64,000 nucleotides of DNA from assembly GCA_964016885.1 (NCBI GenBank), contig OZ024742.1, positions 349,122,001 through 349,186,000 of the forward strand. Reading direction: 5' to 3'. A program made the translations under genes and the position numbers. Below are positions 26,090 to 39,199 of this stretch, one piece after another. The number at the start of each line of letters is the position of its first letter. Within the stretch, counting starts at the first letter, position 1. Below the pieces are notes generated by a model, which was not told the DNA's origin, searched no databases, and saw only the letters and a program-made list of their open reading frames with translations. This stretch comes from Eledone cirrhosa. Taxonomy: Eukaryota.

Positions 26090-29000
26090 GGAGTACTATG
26101 AATGTTAGTACATGAATAAACAATAGAACTATTCTAACAAGGAGTACTATGAATGTTAGTACAGGGATAGACAATAGAATTATTCTACCAAGGAGTACTA
26201 TGAACATTATTACAAGAATAGATAAAGGTACTAACACTATTCCACCAAGGAGTACTATGAACATTAGGACAAGAATAGATAAATGTACTAACACTATTCC
26301 ACCAAGGAATACTATGAACATTAGTACAAGAATAGATAAATGTACTAACACTATTCTAACAAGGAGTACTATGAACATTAGTACAGGAATAGACAATAGA
26401 ACTATTCTACCAAGGAATACTATGAACATTATTACAAGAATAGATAAATGTACTAACACTATTCTACCAAGGAGTACTATGAACATTAGGACAAGAATAG
26501 ATAAATGTACTAACACTATTCTACCAAGGAATACTATGAACACTAGGACAAGAATAGATAAAGGTACTAACACTATTCCACCAAGGAGTACTATGAACAT
26601 TAGGACAAGAATAGATAAAGGTACTAACACTATTCTACCAAGGAATACTATGAACATTAGGACAAGAATAGATAAAGGTACTAACACTATTCTACCAAGG
26701 AATACTATGAACATTAGTACAAGCATAGATAAATGTACTAACACTATTCCACCAAGGAGTACTATGAACATTAGGACAAGAATAGATAAATGTACTAACA
26801 CTATTCTACCAAGGAATACTATGAACATTAGTACAAGCATAGATAAATGTACTAACACTATTCCACCAAGGAGTACTATGAAGATTAGGACAAGAATAGA
26901 TAAATGTACTAACACTATTCTACCAAGGAATACTATGAACATTAGTACAAGCATAGATAAATGTACTAACACTATTCCACCAAGGAGTACTATGAACATT
27001 AGTACAAGAATAGATAAATGTACTAACACTATTCTACCAAGGAATACTATGAACATTAGTACAAGCATAGATAAATGTACTAACACTATTCTACCAAGGA
27101 GTACTATGAACATTAGGACAGGAATAGATAAAGGTACTAACACTATTCCACCAAGGAATACTATGAACATTAGGACGAGAATAGATAAATGTACTAACAC
27201 TATTCCACCAAGGAGTACTATGAACATTAGGACAAGAATAGATAAAGGTACTAACACTATTCCACCAAGGAGTACTATGAACATTAGGACAAGAATAGAT
27301 AAATGTACTAACACTATTCCACCAAGGAGTACTATGAACATTAGGACATAATAGATAAAGGTACTAACACTATTCCACCAAGGAATACTATGAACATTAG
27401 GACAAGAATAGATAAATGTACTAACACTATTCCACCAAGGAGTACTATGAACATTAGGACAAGAATAGATAAATGTACTAACACTATTCTACCAAGGAAT
27501 ACTATGAACATTAGGACAAGAATAGATAAAGGTACTAACACTATTCCACCAAGGAGTACTATGAACATTAGGACAGGAATAGATAAAGGTACTAACACTA
27601 TTCCACCAAGGAGTACTATGAACATTAGGACAGGAATAGATAAATGTACTAACACTATTCCACCAAGGAGTACTATGAACATTAGTACAAGAATAGATAA
27701 ATGTACTAACACTATTCTACCAAGGAGTACTATGAACATTGGTACAGGAATAGATAAAGGTACTAACACTATTCTAACAAGGAATACTATGAACATTAGT
27801 ACAAGAATAGATAAATGTACTAATACTATTCTACCAAGGAGTACTATGAACATTAGTACAATAATAGATAAATGTACTAACACTATTCCACCAAGGAGTA
27901 CTATGAACATTAGTACAATAATAGATAAATGTACTAACACTATTCTACCAAGGAGTACTATGAACATTAGGACAAGAATAGATAAATGTACTAACACTAT
28001 TCCACCAAGGAATACTATGAACATTAGTACAATAATAGATAAATGTACTAACACTATTCCACCAAGGAATACTATGAACATTAGTACAATAATAGATAAA
28101 TGTACTAACACTATTCCACCAAGGAGTACTATGAACATTAGTACAATAATAGATAAATGTACTAACACTATTCCACCAAGGAGTACTATGAACATTAGTA
28201 CAATAATAGATAAATGTACTAACACTATTCCACCAAGGAATACTATGAACATTAGTACAATAATAGATAAATGTACTAACACTATTCTACCAAGGAGTAC
28301 TATGAACATTAGGACAAGAATAGATAAATGTACTAACACTATTCCACCAAGGAGTACTATGAACATTAGTACAGGAATAGATAAAGGTACTAACACTATT
28401 CTACCAAGGAATACTATGAACATTAGGACAGGAATAGATAAAGGTACTAACACTATTCCACCAAGGAGTACTATGAACATTAGGACAAGAATAGATAAAT
28501 GTACTAACACTATTTCACCAAGGAGTACTATGAACATTAGTACAGGAATAGATAAATGTACTAACACTATTCTACCAAGGAATACTATGAACATTAGGAC
28601 AAGAATAGATAAATGTACTAACACTATTCTACCAAGTAGTACTATGAACATTAGGACAGGAATAGATAAATGTACTAACACTATTCTACCAAGGAGTACT
28701 ATGAACATTAGTACAAGCATAGATAAATGTACTAACACTATTCTACCAAGTAGTACTATGAACATTAGGACAAGAATAGATAAAGGTACTAACACTATTC
28801 TACCAAGGAATACTATGAACATTAGTACAAGAATAGATAAATGTACTAATACTTTTCCACCAAGGAATACTATGAACATTAGTACAAGAATAGATAAAGG
28901 TACTAACACTATTCCACCAAGGAGTACTATGAACATTAGGACAAGAATAGATAAATGTACCAACACTATTCTACCAAGGAATACTATGAACATTAGGACA

Positions 29001-32000
29001 AGAATAGATAAATGTACTAACACTATTCTACCAAGGAGTACTATGAACATTAGGACAAGAATAGATAAAGATACTAACACTATTCTACCAAGGAGTACTA
29101 TGAACATTGGTACAGGAATAGATAAAGGTACTAACACTATTTCACCAAGGAGTACTATGAACATTAGTACAAGAATAGATAAAGATACTAACACTATTCT
29201 ACCAAGGAGTACTATGAACATTGGTCACAGGAATAGATAAAGGTACTAACACTCTTCCACCAAGGAGTACTATGAACATTAGGACAAGAATAGATAAATG
29301 TACTAACACTATTCCACCAAGGAATACTATGAACATTAGGACAGGAATAGATAAAGGTACTAACACTATTCCACCAAGGAGTACTATGAACATTAGGACA
29401 AGAATAGATAAATGTACTAACACTATTCTACCAAGGAGTACTATGAACATTAGGACAAGAATAGATAAATGTACTAACACTATTTCACCAAGGAGTACTA
29501 TGAACATTAGTACAAGAATAGATAAATGTACTAACACTATTCCACCAAGGAGTACTATGAACATTAGGACAGGAATAGATAAATGTACTAACACTATTCT
29601 ACCAAGGAATACTATGAACATTAGGACAAGAATAGATAAATGTACTAACACTATTCCACCAAGGAGTACTATGAACATTAGGACAGGAATAGATAAATGT
29701 ACTAACACTATTCTACCAAGGAATACTATGAACATTAGGTCAAGAATAGATAAATGTACTAACACTATTCCACCAAGGAGTACTATGAACATTAGTACAG
29801 GAAAGGACAATAGAACTATTCTACCAAGGAATACTATGAACATTAGTACAAGAATAGATAAATGTACTAACACTATTCTACCAAGGAGTACTATGAACAT
29901 TAGGACAAGAATAGATAAATGTACTAACACTATTCCACCAAGGAGTACTTTGAACATTAGGACAAGAATAGATAAAGGTACTAACACTATTCCACCAAGG
30001 AATACTATGAACATTAGTACAAGAATAGATAAATGTACTAACACTATTCCACCAAGGAGTACTATGAACATTAGTACAAGAATAGATAAATGTACTAACA
30101 CTATTCTACCAAGGAGTACTTTGAACATTAGGACAGGAATAGATAAAGGTACTAACACTATTCCACCAAGGAGTACTATGAAGATTAGGACAAGAATAGA
30201 TAAATGTACTAACACTATTCCACCAAGGAGTACTTTGAACATTAGGACAGGAATAGATAAAGGTACTAACACTATTCCACCAAGGAGTACTATGAAGATT
30301 AGGACAAGAATAGATAAATGTACTAACACTATTCCACCAAGGAGTACTTTGAACATTAGGACAGGAATAGATAAAGGTACTAACACTATTCCACCAAGGA
30401 GTACTATGAAGATTAGGACAAGAATAGATAAATGTACTAACACTATTCTACCAAGGAATACTATGAACATTAGGACAAGAATAGATAAAGGTACTAACAC
30501 TATTCCACCAAGGAGTACTATGAACATTAGTACAGGAATAGATAAATGTACTAACAGTATTGCACCAAGGAGTACTATGAACGTTAGGACAAGAATAGAT
30601 AAAGGTACTAACACTATTCCACCAAGGAATACTATGAACATTAGGACAGGAATAGATAAAGGTACTAACACTATTCCACCAAAGAATACTATGAACATTA
30701 GTACAAGAATAGATAAATGTACTAACACTCTTCCACCAAGGAATACTATGAACATTAGTACAAGAATAGATAAATGTACTAACACTATTCTACCAAGGAA
30801 TACTATGAACATTAGGACAAGAATAGATAAAGGTACTAACACTATTCTACCAAGGAATACTATGAACATTAGGACAAGAATAGATAAAGGTACTAACACT
30901 ATTCCACCAAGGAATACTATGAACATTAGTACAAGAATAGATAAATGTACTAACACTATTCTACCAAGTAGTACTATGAACATTAGGACAAGAATAGATA
31001 AAGGTACTATCACTATTCTACCAAGGAATACTATGATAATTAGTACAATAATAGATAAATGTACTAACACTATTCTACCAAGGAGTACTATGAACATTAG
31101 TACAAGAATAGATAAATGTACTAATACTCTTCCAGTAAGGAATACTATGAACATTAGGACAAGAATAGATAAAGGTACTAACACTATTCTACCAAGGAGT
31201 ACTATGAACATTAGGACAGGAATAGATAAATGTACCAACACTATTCTACCAAGGAATACTATGAACATTAGTACAAGAATAGATAAAGGTACTAACACTA
31301 TTCCACCAAGGAATACTATGAACATTAGGACAGGAATAGATAAATGTACTAACACTATTCTACCAAGGAGTACTATGAACATTAGGACAAGAATAGATAA
31401 ATGTACTAACACTATTCCACCAAGGAGTACTATGAACATTAGGACAGGAATAGATAAATGTACTAACACTATTCCACCAAGGAGTACTATGAACATTAGT
31501 ACAGGAATAGACAATAGAACTATTCTACCAAGGAATACTATGAACATTAGTACAATAATAGATAAATGTACTAACACTATTCTACCAAGGAATACTATGA
31601 ATATTAGTACAAGAATAGATGAATGTACTAACACTATTCTACCAAGGAATACTATGAACATTAGGACAGGAATAGATAAAGGTACTAACACTATTCTACC
31701 AAGGAATACTATGAACATTAGTACAGGAATAGATAAATGTACTAACACTATTCCACCAAGGAGTACTATGAACGTTAGGACAAGAATAGATAAATGTACT
31801 AACACTATTCCACCAAGGAGTACTATGAACATTAGGACAAGAATAGATAAAGGTACTAACACTATTCCACCAAGGAGTACTATGAACATTAGGACAGGAA
31901 TAGATAAAGGTACTAACACTATTCCACCAAGGAGTACTATGAACATTAGGACAAGAATAGATAAATGTACTAACACTATTCCACCAAGGAGTACTATGAA

Positions 32001-32212
32001 CATTAGGACAATAATAGATAAATGTACTAACACTATTCCACCAAGGAGTACTATGAACATTAGGACAAGAATAGATAAATGTACTAACACTATTCCACAA
32101 AGGAGTACTATGAACATTAGTACAAGAATAGATAAATGTACTAACACTATTCCACAAAGGAGTACTATGAACATTAGTACGGGAATAGACAATAGAACTA
32201 TTCTAACAAGAA
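26090..32212. repeat. Satellite array B, 57-bp unit (ATGAACATTAGGACAAGAATAGATAAATGTACTAACACTATTCCACCAAGGAGTACT) with rarer 48-bp variant, about 107 copies
   Basis: 19-codon periodicity in the ORF track; 48-bp variant (GACAATAGAACTATT) at both ends and at about 26390, 29805 and 31510. Confidence 0.97.
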
Positions 32213-32225
32213 ACTTAATCTAAAC

Positions 32226-32450
32226 TAATAATTGTTTCTACTTTAGGCACGAGGTCAGCAATTATCGAGTGCATTACTAGTACTTTATTTTATCGACCTC
32301 GTAAGGATGAAAGGTAAAGTTAACTTCCGGATGGTGGCGATTAAACTAGGTGACAAATGAGAGCTGTCATCTAACAATTCAGAACATAAAAACTCGAACA
32401 AATACCGCAAGGTATTTTGTACACCCCTCTAACAATTCTGTCAACCCTCC
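32226..32450 (-). mobile_element. SINE family B copy (reverse)
   Basis: ATAATTGTTTCTACTTTAGGCACGAGG and TACTTTATTTTATCGACC...GGATGAAAGGTAAAGTTAAC are reverse complements of family B. Confidence 0.7.
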
Positions 32451-32554
32451 AACTCAGTACAGTTGATTAGAGTATCAGGACAATAAAGTAAATGTTGTAG
32501 TTTCGATTCTGACTAGATTTCGATGTTTTTCTTTCTTTCTACCCCTTTATTATC

Positions 32555-32720
32555 TTTGTCGGAAGCCATGGTTTCCAGCATAGTTACGTCTCTTTACGGT
32601 CTGAGTTCAAATCCCGTCGAGGTTAACTTTGCCTTTCATCCTTACGGGGTCGATAAAACAATGTAGCAGTAATGCACTGGGTTATTGCTGGCCTTGTACC
32701 AAAAGTAGAAACAATTATCT
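32555..32720 (+). mobile_element. SINE family B copy (5'-truncated)
   Basis: Near-identical to 23400-23552. Confidence 0.75.
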
Positions 32721-32884
32721 TTGTCCATATTTTATGTCAGGAATTTCACTTTATTATTTATCAAACTTATAAAGACTTGAAGTAGTTTTATTTCAAACTC
32801 TAGGTTGTATATGACCTGAGTTTAAGCACAGTTAACTGTCTCTTTCTCATATATTTAAACATCATCGAATGCAGCATCGTGAGT

Positions 32885-33291
<407 letters not shown>

Positions 33292-33809
33292 CTGACGGCC
33301 GTATGTAGGTAACAAACTTTCCGCCAAACGGCTGGACCAAACAGCACCAAATTTGCACCATAGATGTAACTTTTTCCAAGTAAAAAAGTGAGGGTATTTT
33401 TGTCTACTGAATTTTGTTAAAAGATTAAAGACATTATTTAAATATTTATTTCTTTAAAATTTCAAATGTCAACACTTCCGGTTATACGACATTCTTCACT
33501 TTTTCTTATGACGTCGCACAACATTCCCCTCTTTTGCTTAGTCTTTTTAGATAGATACATAGCTATAACGTAGCGCCCTTATAATATATGTCTGGCTGTC
33601 TGCATTAGATAACGTTTTTCGAAATATTTACTTCTGCGTTCATAGACGGATTTTTTTAGTTTCAGAATATCCCGTTAAGGGTGAAACCAGCGATTCTTTG
33701 CTTAAACTTTAATGTGTTATTTTAATATATATATTCGTGTACAGATATTTTTGCATACACAAAAACAAAAACCTATTTATTTCACGAAAGCACAGTCGGC
33801 TTATCGTCA

Positions 33810-34270
33810 TTGTTACTGTTCGAGGTTAGAGGACCACAGTCTTTCCAAGATCTGAGAGCCATCAATGGCCATCAATGTTCCACTTACCGTTTGGCTTTCC
33901 AGATGCGTGTTATGTTACATGATGACAGCCATTGGCACTTCACCCCGCAAGAAGCAGCAACTGCTAAAGTCTCTTCTCAGCTACGAAAACCTTTTGCTAT
34001 TATGCTGCACAACTGTGATCTCGCCGACCCTCTCGCAATGTGGAACAACCACCGTGAAAGTCTACCTGAGGACATCCTCCACCACACACGCAGACACAAT
34101 CCAAATGTAACATACGATTTCGTTTTCAATGAGGCATTCATTTGTCTTGAAAACAGTGTCCTGGATATTGGTGGTAGGCCTCTAAGTCACTACAGCTTAC
34201 CTGCTCCTGACAGGAGTGTCCAGAGGTCAACGTCTACAGAGCTTCTCCGCGAGACGAGCTACGAAATCAG
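33810..34270 (+). pseudogene. Helitron RepHel fragment (region between Rep and helicase domains)
   Basis: LLFEVRGPQSFQDLRAING...DDSHW...EAA...QLR..FAIML..C...DPLAMW....EDI...NEA...LE...G..L..Y.LPAP is typical of RepHel. Confidence 0.85.
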
Positions 34271-34273
34271 TGA

Positions 34274-34393
34274 TTCTCCCATGGTCAATTGTATGTAGGA
34301 TGCTCTAGGGTGAGCTCGCCAGACAATCTCTTCATCTTTGCTCCGGAGGGCCGAACAAAAAATATTGTATACTTTGAGGCTCTAACAATGTAA
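34274..34393 (+). pseudogene. Helitron Pif1-like helicase extreme C-terminus
   Basis: Manual translation FSHGQLYVGCSRVSSPDNLFIFAPEGRTKNIVYFEALTM* (motif VI FSHGQLYVxxSRV and TKNIVY). Confidence 0.9.
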
Positions 34394-34689
34394 TATAAAT
34401 ATTTTCTGTTACTTGGAATTTCCATTATGGTTGTACAAATTATTGTTTGTTAAAAAATGTGTTCTCTGTTCAGCCTTTATTGTTGTAACTATTAATTTTC
34501 TTTAATGTACTGGTGCTGAACTGGGGAATCCTAAAAATTATTCAAACCCAACATCAGAGCATATTAACCCCCCCGCCCCTCGCTGACTTGAGAAGGCGGG
34601 CGATATCTTTGCACTGGAGTGTAGGGGGGATTCCTGAAAAGATAAAATGCCGGTATACCTAGCCGGGCGCCAGCCGGAGAGGTCAGCTA

Positions 34690-34768
<79 letters not shown>

Positions 34769-35014
34769 TATCTTATTAACAGTTTTATTCTTTTTTCAAA
34801 TATATTATAATCTCCTTGAAAATAGGACCGTAAACTATTATATGTTTCTAAATATTTGTATTTAAGTCCTTTTCAAAATGGCTGACTAACAACAACGCGC
34901 ACTTTCTCTTATGTCAAACTTTCAAACTTTTTTCCCGTTTTTCCTTTCATTTTTTTACACTCATCTATCTGCATATATCTTTATCTCTCTCCACAAACCT
35001 TCTCTCTTAGTCTA

Positions 35015-35050
35015 TCTTCTAATGAAAGACTAGCGTCCAAAGCATTAAGA
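35015..35050 (+). ncRNA. Degenerate hammerhead-like remnant
   Basis: TCTT-CTAATGA-a-agac tagc gtcc-AAA-gcatt-AAGA; core G5 and G12 are lost. Confidence 0.3.
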
Positions 35051-35141
35051 CTTTTTCTTACTATATCAAACGTTAAAATTATATATCACCATTTTATTGT
35101 TCTTCTGTGTTACGTTTCCCTCGATGACCTTTGTATGTATA

Positions 35142-35355
35142 AAATTATTAAGGCTATTTACTACAACGGCGCCATACCAGGTACATACGTTTCATTAACT
35201 CTGTTCAACCTGTGCCGATGAAGTTGAACAAGTCGGTCCTCAGGGCTAACGAAACGTACTTACATGGTATGGCGTCGTTGTAGTAACTGGCCTTGATAAT
35301 TTAATTCAAACTCGCCTTACGGACATGAGTGTCTCTATTCTTTGGTTATCTTGGA
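35142..35355 (+). mobile_element. Fold-back cassette 1 (arms 35142-35203 / 35241-35302 plus tail)
   Basis: AAATTATTAAGGCTATTTACTACAACGGCGCCATACCA is the near reverse complement of TGGTATGGCGTCGTTGTAGTAACTGGCCTTGATAATTT. Confidence 0.75.
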
Positions 35356-35358
35356 TAT

Positions 35359-35741
35359 AAATTTCGTATTTCTAAAGAAACACGGTATGTTTACAGGTAA
35401 ACATTTAGAAATCATTAGCTATGCACAAATACACCGGAGCTAATGCTCTCTAGTGGTGTCCAGCAGAAGCAACTTATGCAGCTTCATATGCAAATGAGAT
35501 TAATCACCTCATTTACACGGATGAGAAAACCATATATCCTCACCTGTTTTCAAGTCCAGCAGTCGCTATTGTGGGAGGAATCCTGATGAGGACCTGTTAA
35601 GTCTGAAACGCATCGACGATTGTCTCCCTTGCTTCTGTTGGACACCACCAGAGGGCGTTAGCCCCGGTGGGTTTTGCATAGCTATGGCTTTTTAAATGTT
35701 TACCGGTAAACATACCGTGTTTCTTTAGAAATACGAAATTT
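35359..35741 (+). mobile_element. Fold-back cassette 2 (arms 35359-35472 / 35629-35741) with hammerhead in the spacer; Penelope-like pLTR-type
   Basis: AAATTTCGTATTTCTAAAGAAACACGGTATGTTTAC...GTCCAGCAGAAGCAA is mirrored by TTGCTTCTGTTGGAC...GTAAACATACCGTGTTTCTTTAGAAATACGAAATTT. Confidence 0.8.
35573..35628 (+). ncRNA. Type I hammerhead ribozyme motif, cleavage triplet mutated (GAC)
   Basis: Stem I GGGAGGAATC/GATTGTCTCCC, CTGATGA (35583-89), stem II GGAC/GTCT, GAAAC, GAC at 35615-17. Confidence 0.7.
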
Positions 35742-35807
35742 CTATACATATCTGTATACAGCTATGTCTGACGCTAAATCCTAATTCTATACACACACAC
35801 ACTCTCT

Positions 35808-35894
<87 letters not shown>

Positions 35895-35898
<4 letters not shown>

Positions 35899-36107
35899 GA
35901 AAAGATTCAGCATTCAGGACCCCGACGGCTGAGCTCCGGCCGTTTCGACAGTTAGATCCGAACAGTTCGGCTCTAGCTGTCGAAACGGCCGGAGCTCAGC
36001 CGTCGGGGTCCTGAATCTTTTCATATTACCCACTCTACTACCCCAAGTATCGAGTACTCTAGTGGTTTATGGTGCACCTGGTTTTTTTTTTACCACGCCC
36101 TATCTGA
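35895..36107 (+). mobile_element. Fold-back cassette 3 (family X): near-perfect palindrome 35895-36026 plus about 80-bp tail, in (TA)n
   Basis: Palindrome centred at 35964; tail TACCCACTCTACTACC.CAAGTAT.GAGTACT is shared with 38596-38680(-) and 41567-41644. Confidence 0.85.
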
Positions 36108-36159
36108 TATACATATATATAAGGATTGATGCTCTGACATAGCGATGTATGCATGAATG

Positions 36160-36716
<557 letters not shown>

Positions 36717-36902
36717 TTCTTTACATGAAGTTCTTCTCTTTATCTATCTTTCCATCTCTCTATTTAGTTGCATGCATTTCTTCTTTTTCTTCGTTTTCTT
36801 TCTTTCTTTCCTTCTTTCTTTCTTTCTTTCTGTTTACAATTTTTCACTGCCAAATCAACTTTTCAAATACAAGTCGATGTTGAACGGTATGTCAAATCTA
36901 TT

Positions 36903-37009
36903 TATTTATAAAACTGTCTATATTGTATTTTGTCTGAAGAAGGCATAACATATTGTTAATATGATATCCCTGAAATATATATAATGAAATAAATATGGTT
37001 TTATAAATA
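36903..37009 (+). ncRNA. Type I hammerhead ribozyme, AT-rich, long stems I and II
   Basis: CTGAAGA 36934-40; stem II AGG.ATA.CATATT gtt AATATG.TAT.CCT; GAAA 36972-75; TATATA-TA^; stem I CTATATTgTATTTTGT/ATGAAATAAATATGG extended by TATTTATAAAAC/GTTTTATAAATA. Confidence 0.75.
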
Positions 37010-37120
37010 TAGTTTCCATTTATTTAATATCGTAAATATACTCCAAACACTTGTTGAGTGCTTTTATATCAGTTATAAATATTTACTAGTTGTAACCCAA
37101 CAATTTAAATATAACTTTCC

Positions 37121-37167
<47 letters not shown>

Positions 37168-37291
37168 CAACAAGAACATCCAGAGATCCCAAAAGATATC
37201 CAAGTTGAAGTTGAATTAGAAACCGTGTAAAACCCATTTCCAGGGTGAAAAATAGATGCAATGTAGGAAGCCGATAAATATATAATTATAA

Positions 37292-37922
37292 TCTATATTA
37301 CTAAAACAGAGAATGTCTGTTTGTCTGTCTGTCTGTGCAATCACTAAAACTCGAGAACCACCCAACCGAGTTTTTTCAAACTTTACACATGTAATACTTA
37401 TGGTCCCGTGCGTGTTTTGAGCAAAGAAAATTTCAAATTTTCAATGCCCTAGGGACCGCATTAGGCGATTTAGCGATCTCTCTCTATAATTATTAGTCTT
37501 TCCCTTTTTAGATAGATACATAGATATAACGTTGCGCCTTTGTAATATCTGTCTGTATGCCTTGCTGTCTGCATTACGTTATTATGACGCGGTGTGTGTG
37601 TATGTGTGTGTATATATGTATATATATAGTGTGTATATATATAGTGTGTGTGTATATATATATCTCTCTACATCTAAGGCGGGTAAAATTCCCGAGATCC
37701 ATGGACGAGTTCTCTCCAGCGGTCTCTGTCCCTCATTATCGCTGCCATATCCTGCATCTCCAACAGACCAGTGTCTGTCCTTAGGGCATCAACATATGTT
37801 AACCTTGGTCTTCCTCTTCTAGTGTGTCCATGTAGGGGCTCCCAAAGGAATAACTCAGATGGTGGATGGGTGCTACACGAGAATGCTGAGGATGGCTCTG
37901 AACATTAATCAGTATACACTGA

Positions 37923-37956
<34 letters not shown>

Positions 37957-38418
37957 TGTAACGTTTTTCGAAATATTTACTTCTGCGTTCACAGATTTAT
38001 TATTTTAGTTTCAGAAGATCCCATTAAGGGTGAAAGCAGCGATTCTTTACTTAAACTTTAATCTGTTATTTTAATATATATATATCCGTGTATAATTATA
38101 TATTCGGGTACAGATAATTTTGCATACACAATAACAAAAGTATTTATTTCGCAATAAAGTATTGATTTTCTTCGAACGGAAAATAACTCTGGTAATGTAC
38201 GACGAATTTTTTTTATAAGCACAAAATGTAGACACCAACCCGAGGCCAAGGTATTCCGTACTTCTTTATTTATATATTCGTGCACAGATATTTTTGCATA
38301 CACAATAACAAAATATAAACAAACGTATTTACTTCACGAGGCTCGAGAAGGATAAATATATATCAGATATATAAGAACGCTAGAGCAAATCCCGAGCAAC
38401 GCCGGGCCATTCTGCTAG
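37292..38418 (+). mobile_element. Non-autonomous Helitron (copy 2) with nested RTE insertion
   Basis: A^TCTATATTACTAAAA...(GTCT)n 5' end; 3' hairpin CCCGagcaacgcCGGG plus CTAG^T at 38415-18; 37495-37578 and 37958-38155 match 33541-33790. Confidence 0.85.
37665..37925 (-). mobile_element. 5'-truncated, 5'-inverted RTE-clade LINE fragment
   Basis: Minus strand 37853->37674: LFLWEPLHGHTRRGRPRLTYVDALRTDTGLLEMQDMAAIMRDRDRWRELV...*; plus strand 37856-37925: QMVDGCYTRMLRMALNINQYTLR. Confidence 0.8.
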
Positions 38419-38524
38419 TATATATATATTTCTCTCTCTATATATAAATAATCACCCCCCCCCCACGCACATATATATATATAAGTGTGTGTGTGTGTTT
38501 GTGTGACGCGCGTGTTTCTGTGTG

Positions 38525-38595
<71 letters not shown>

Positions 38596-38597
<2 letters not shown>

Positions 38598-39085
38598 CGA
38601 AGGAGGTGTGGTAAGGAACCAGATGGACCATAACGCACCAGAGTTCTCAATACTTAGGGTAGTAGAGTGGGTAATAGGAAGAAGTTTAACGCCGACGGCA
38701 GAGCTCAAGCCATTTCGACGGCTATTTCTGGACTAAATTAGAATTTGTAGCGTGGTAAATAAATAGCCGAACTTTTCAAGGGGTAATTCCTTATATGGGA
38801 AGACTAGTTGTCAAAAGGATTAATCAACATTTCTTGTAAACACGTTTAAATCTTTTATGACAGTAGGTGGGAGATGGGGGTGGCTGAACTTGCCTGTAGA
38901 ACAACGAGGGAGTGGGTGGAGCCAGTCAAGCGTTGAAAGTGAATTCTATACAGAAAATTCTAAGGAGTGTGTATGACAATAGGCTAGTAAGGAAGCAGGG
39001 GAAAAAGGATTCTGGAGAAATTAGAGAGGGGACGTTATAGAATAGGTTAATAAAATGAGATTAAAAGGTAATAAATAAATAAAAA
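38596..39085 (-). mobile_element. Longer copy of family X (non-coding, hammerhead-bearing), 3' end at (TA)n
   Basis: 38596-38735 is the reverse complement of the 41500-41644 family sequence; the 5' boundary is approximate. Confidence 0.75.
38689..38784 (-). ncRNA. Type I hammerhead variant, U3-A8 core, long stem II
   Basis: Minus strand: ACCCC-TTGAAAA-GttCGGCTATTT..AAATAGCCGtC-GAAA-TGGC ttgagctct GCCG-TC^GGCGT; sister copies have CGGC/GCCG and GGGGT, completing stems III and I. Confidence 0.75.
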
Positions 39086-39199
39086 ATATAAAAAAAAAAT
39101 AAAATTAAATAGTAAAAAGTAAAAATCTCTAGAGTCTAAAGCGGCTGCTATAATTAGTTGGTATTGCGTTTTTAGCCAGTGCTATATATAATTTACTGG

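Noticed and set aside
25974-32192. Hydrophobic minus-strand ORFs (MFIVLLGGIVLVHLSILVL)n
   Set aside because: Antisense read-through of satellite B
35205-35265. CCGATGA...GAAACGTA hammerhead-like motif in fold-back 1
   Set aside because: U4 is altered and stems I and II are unconvincing
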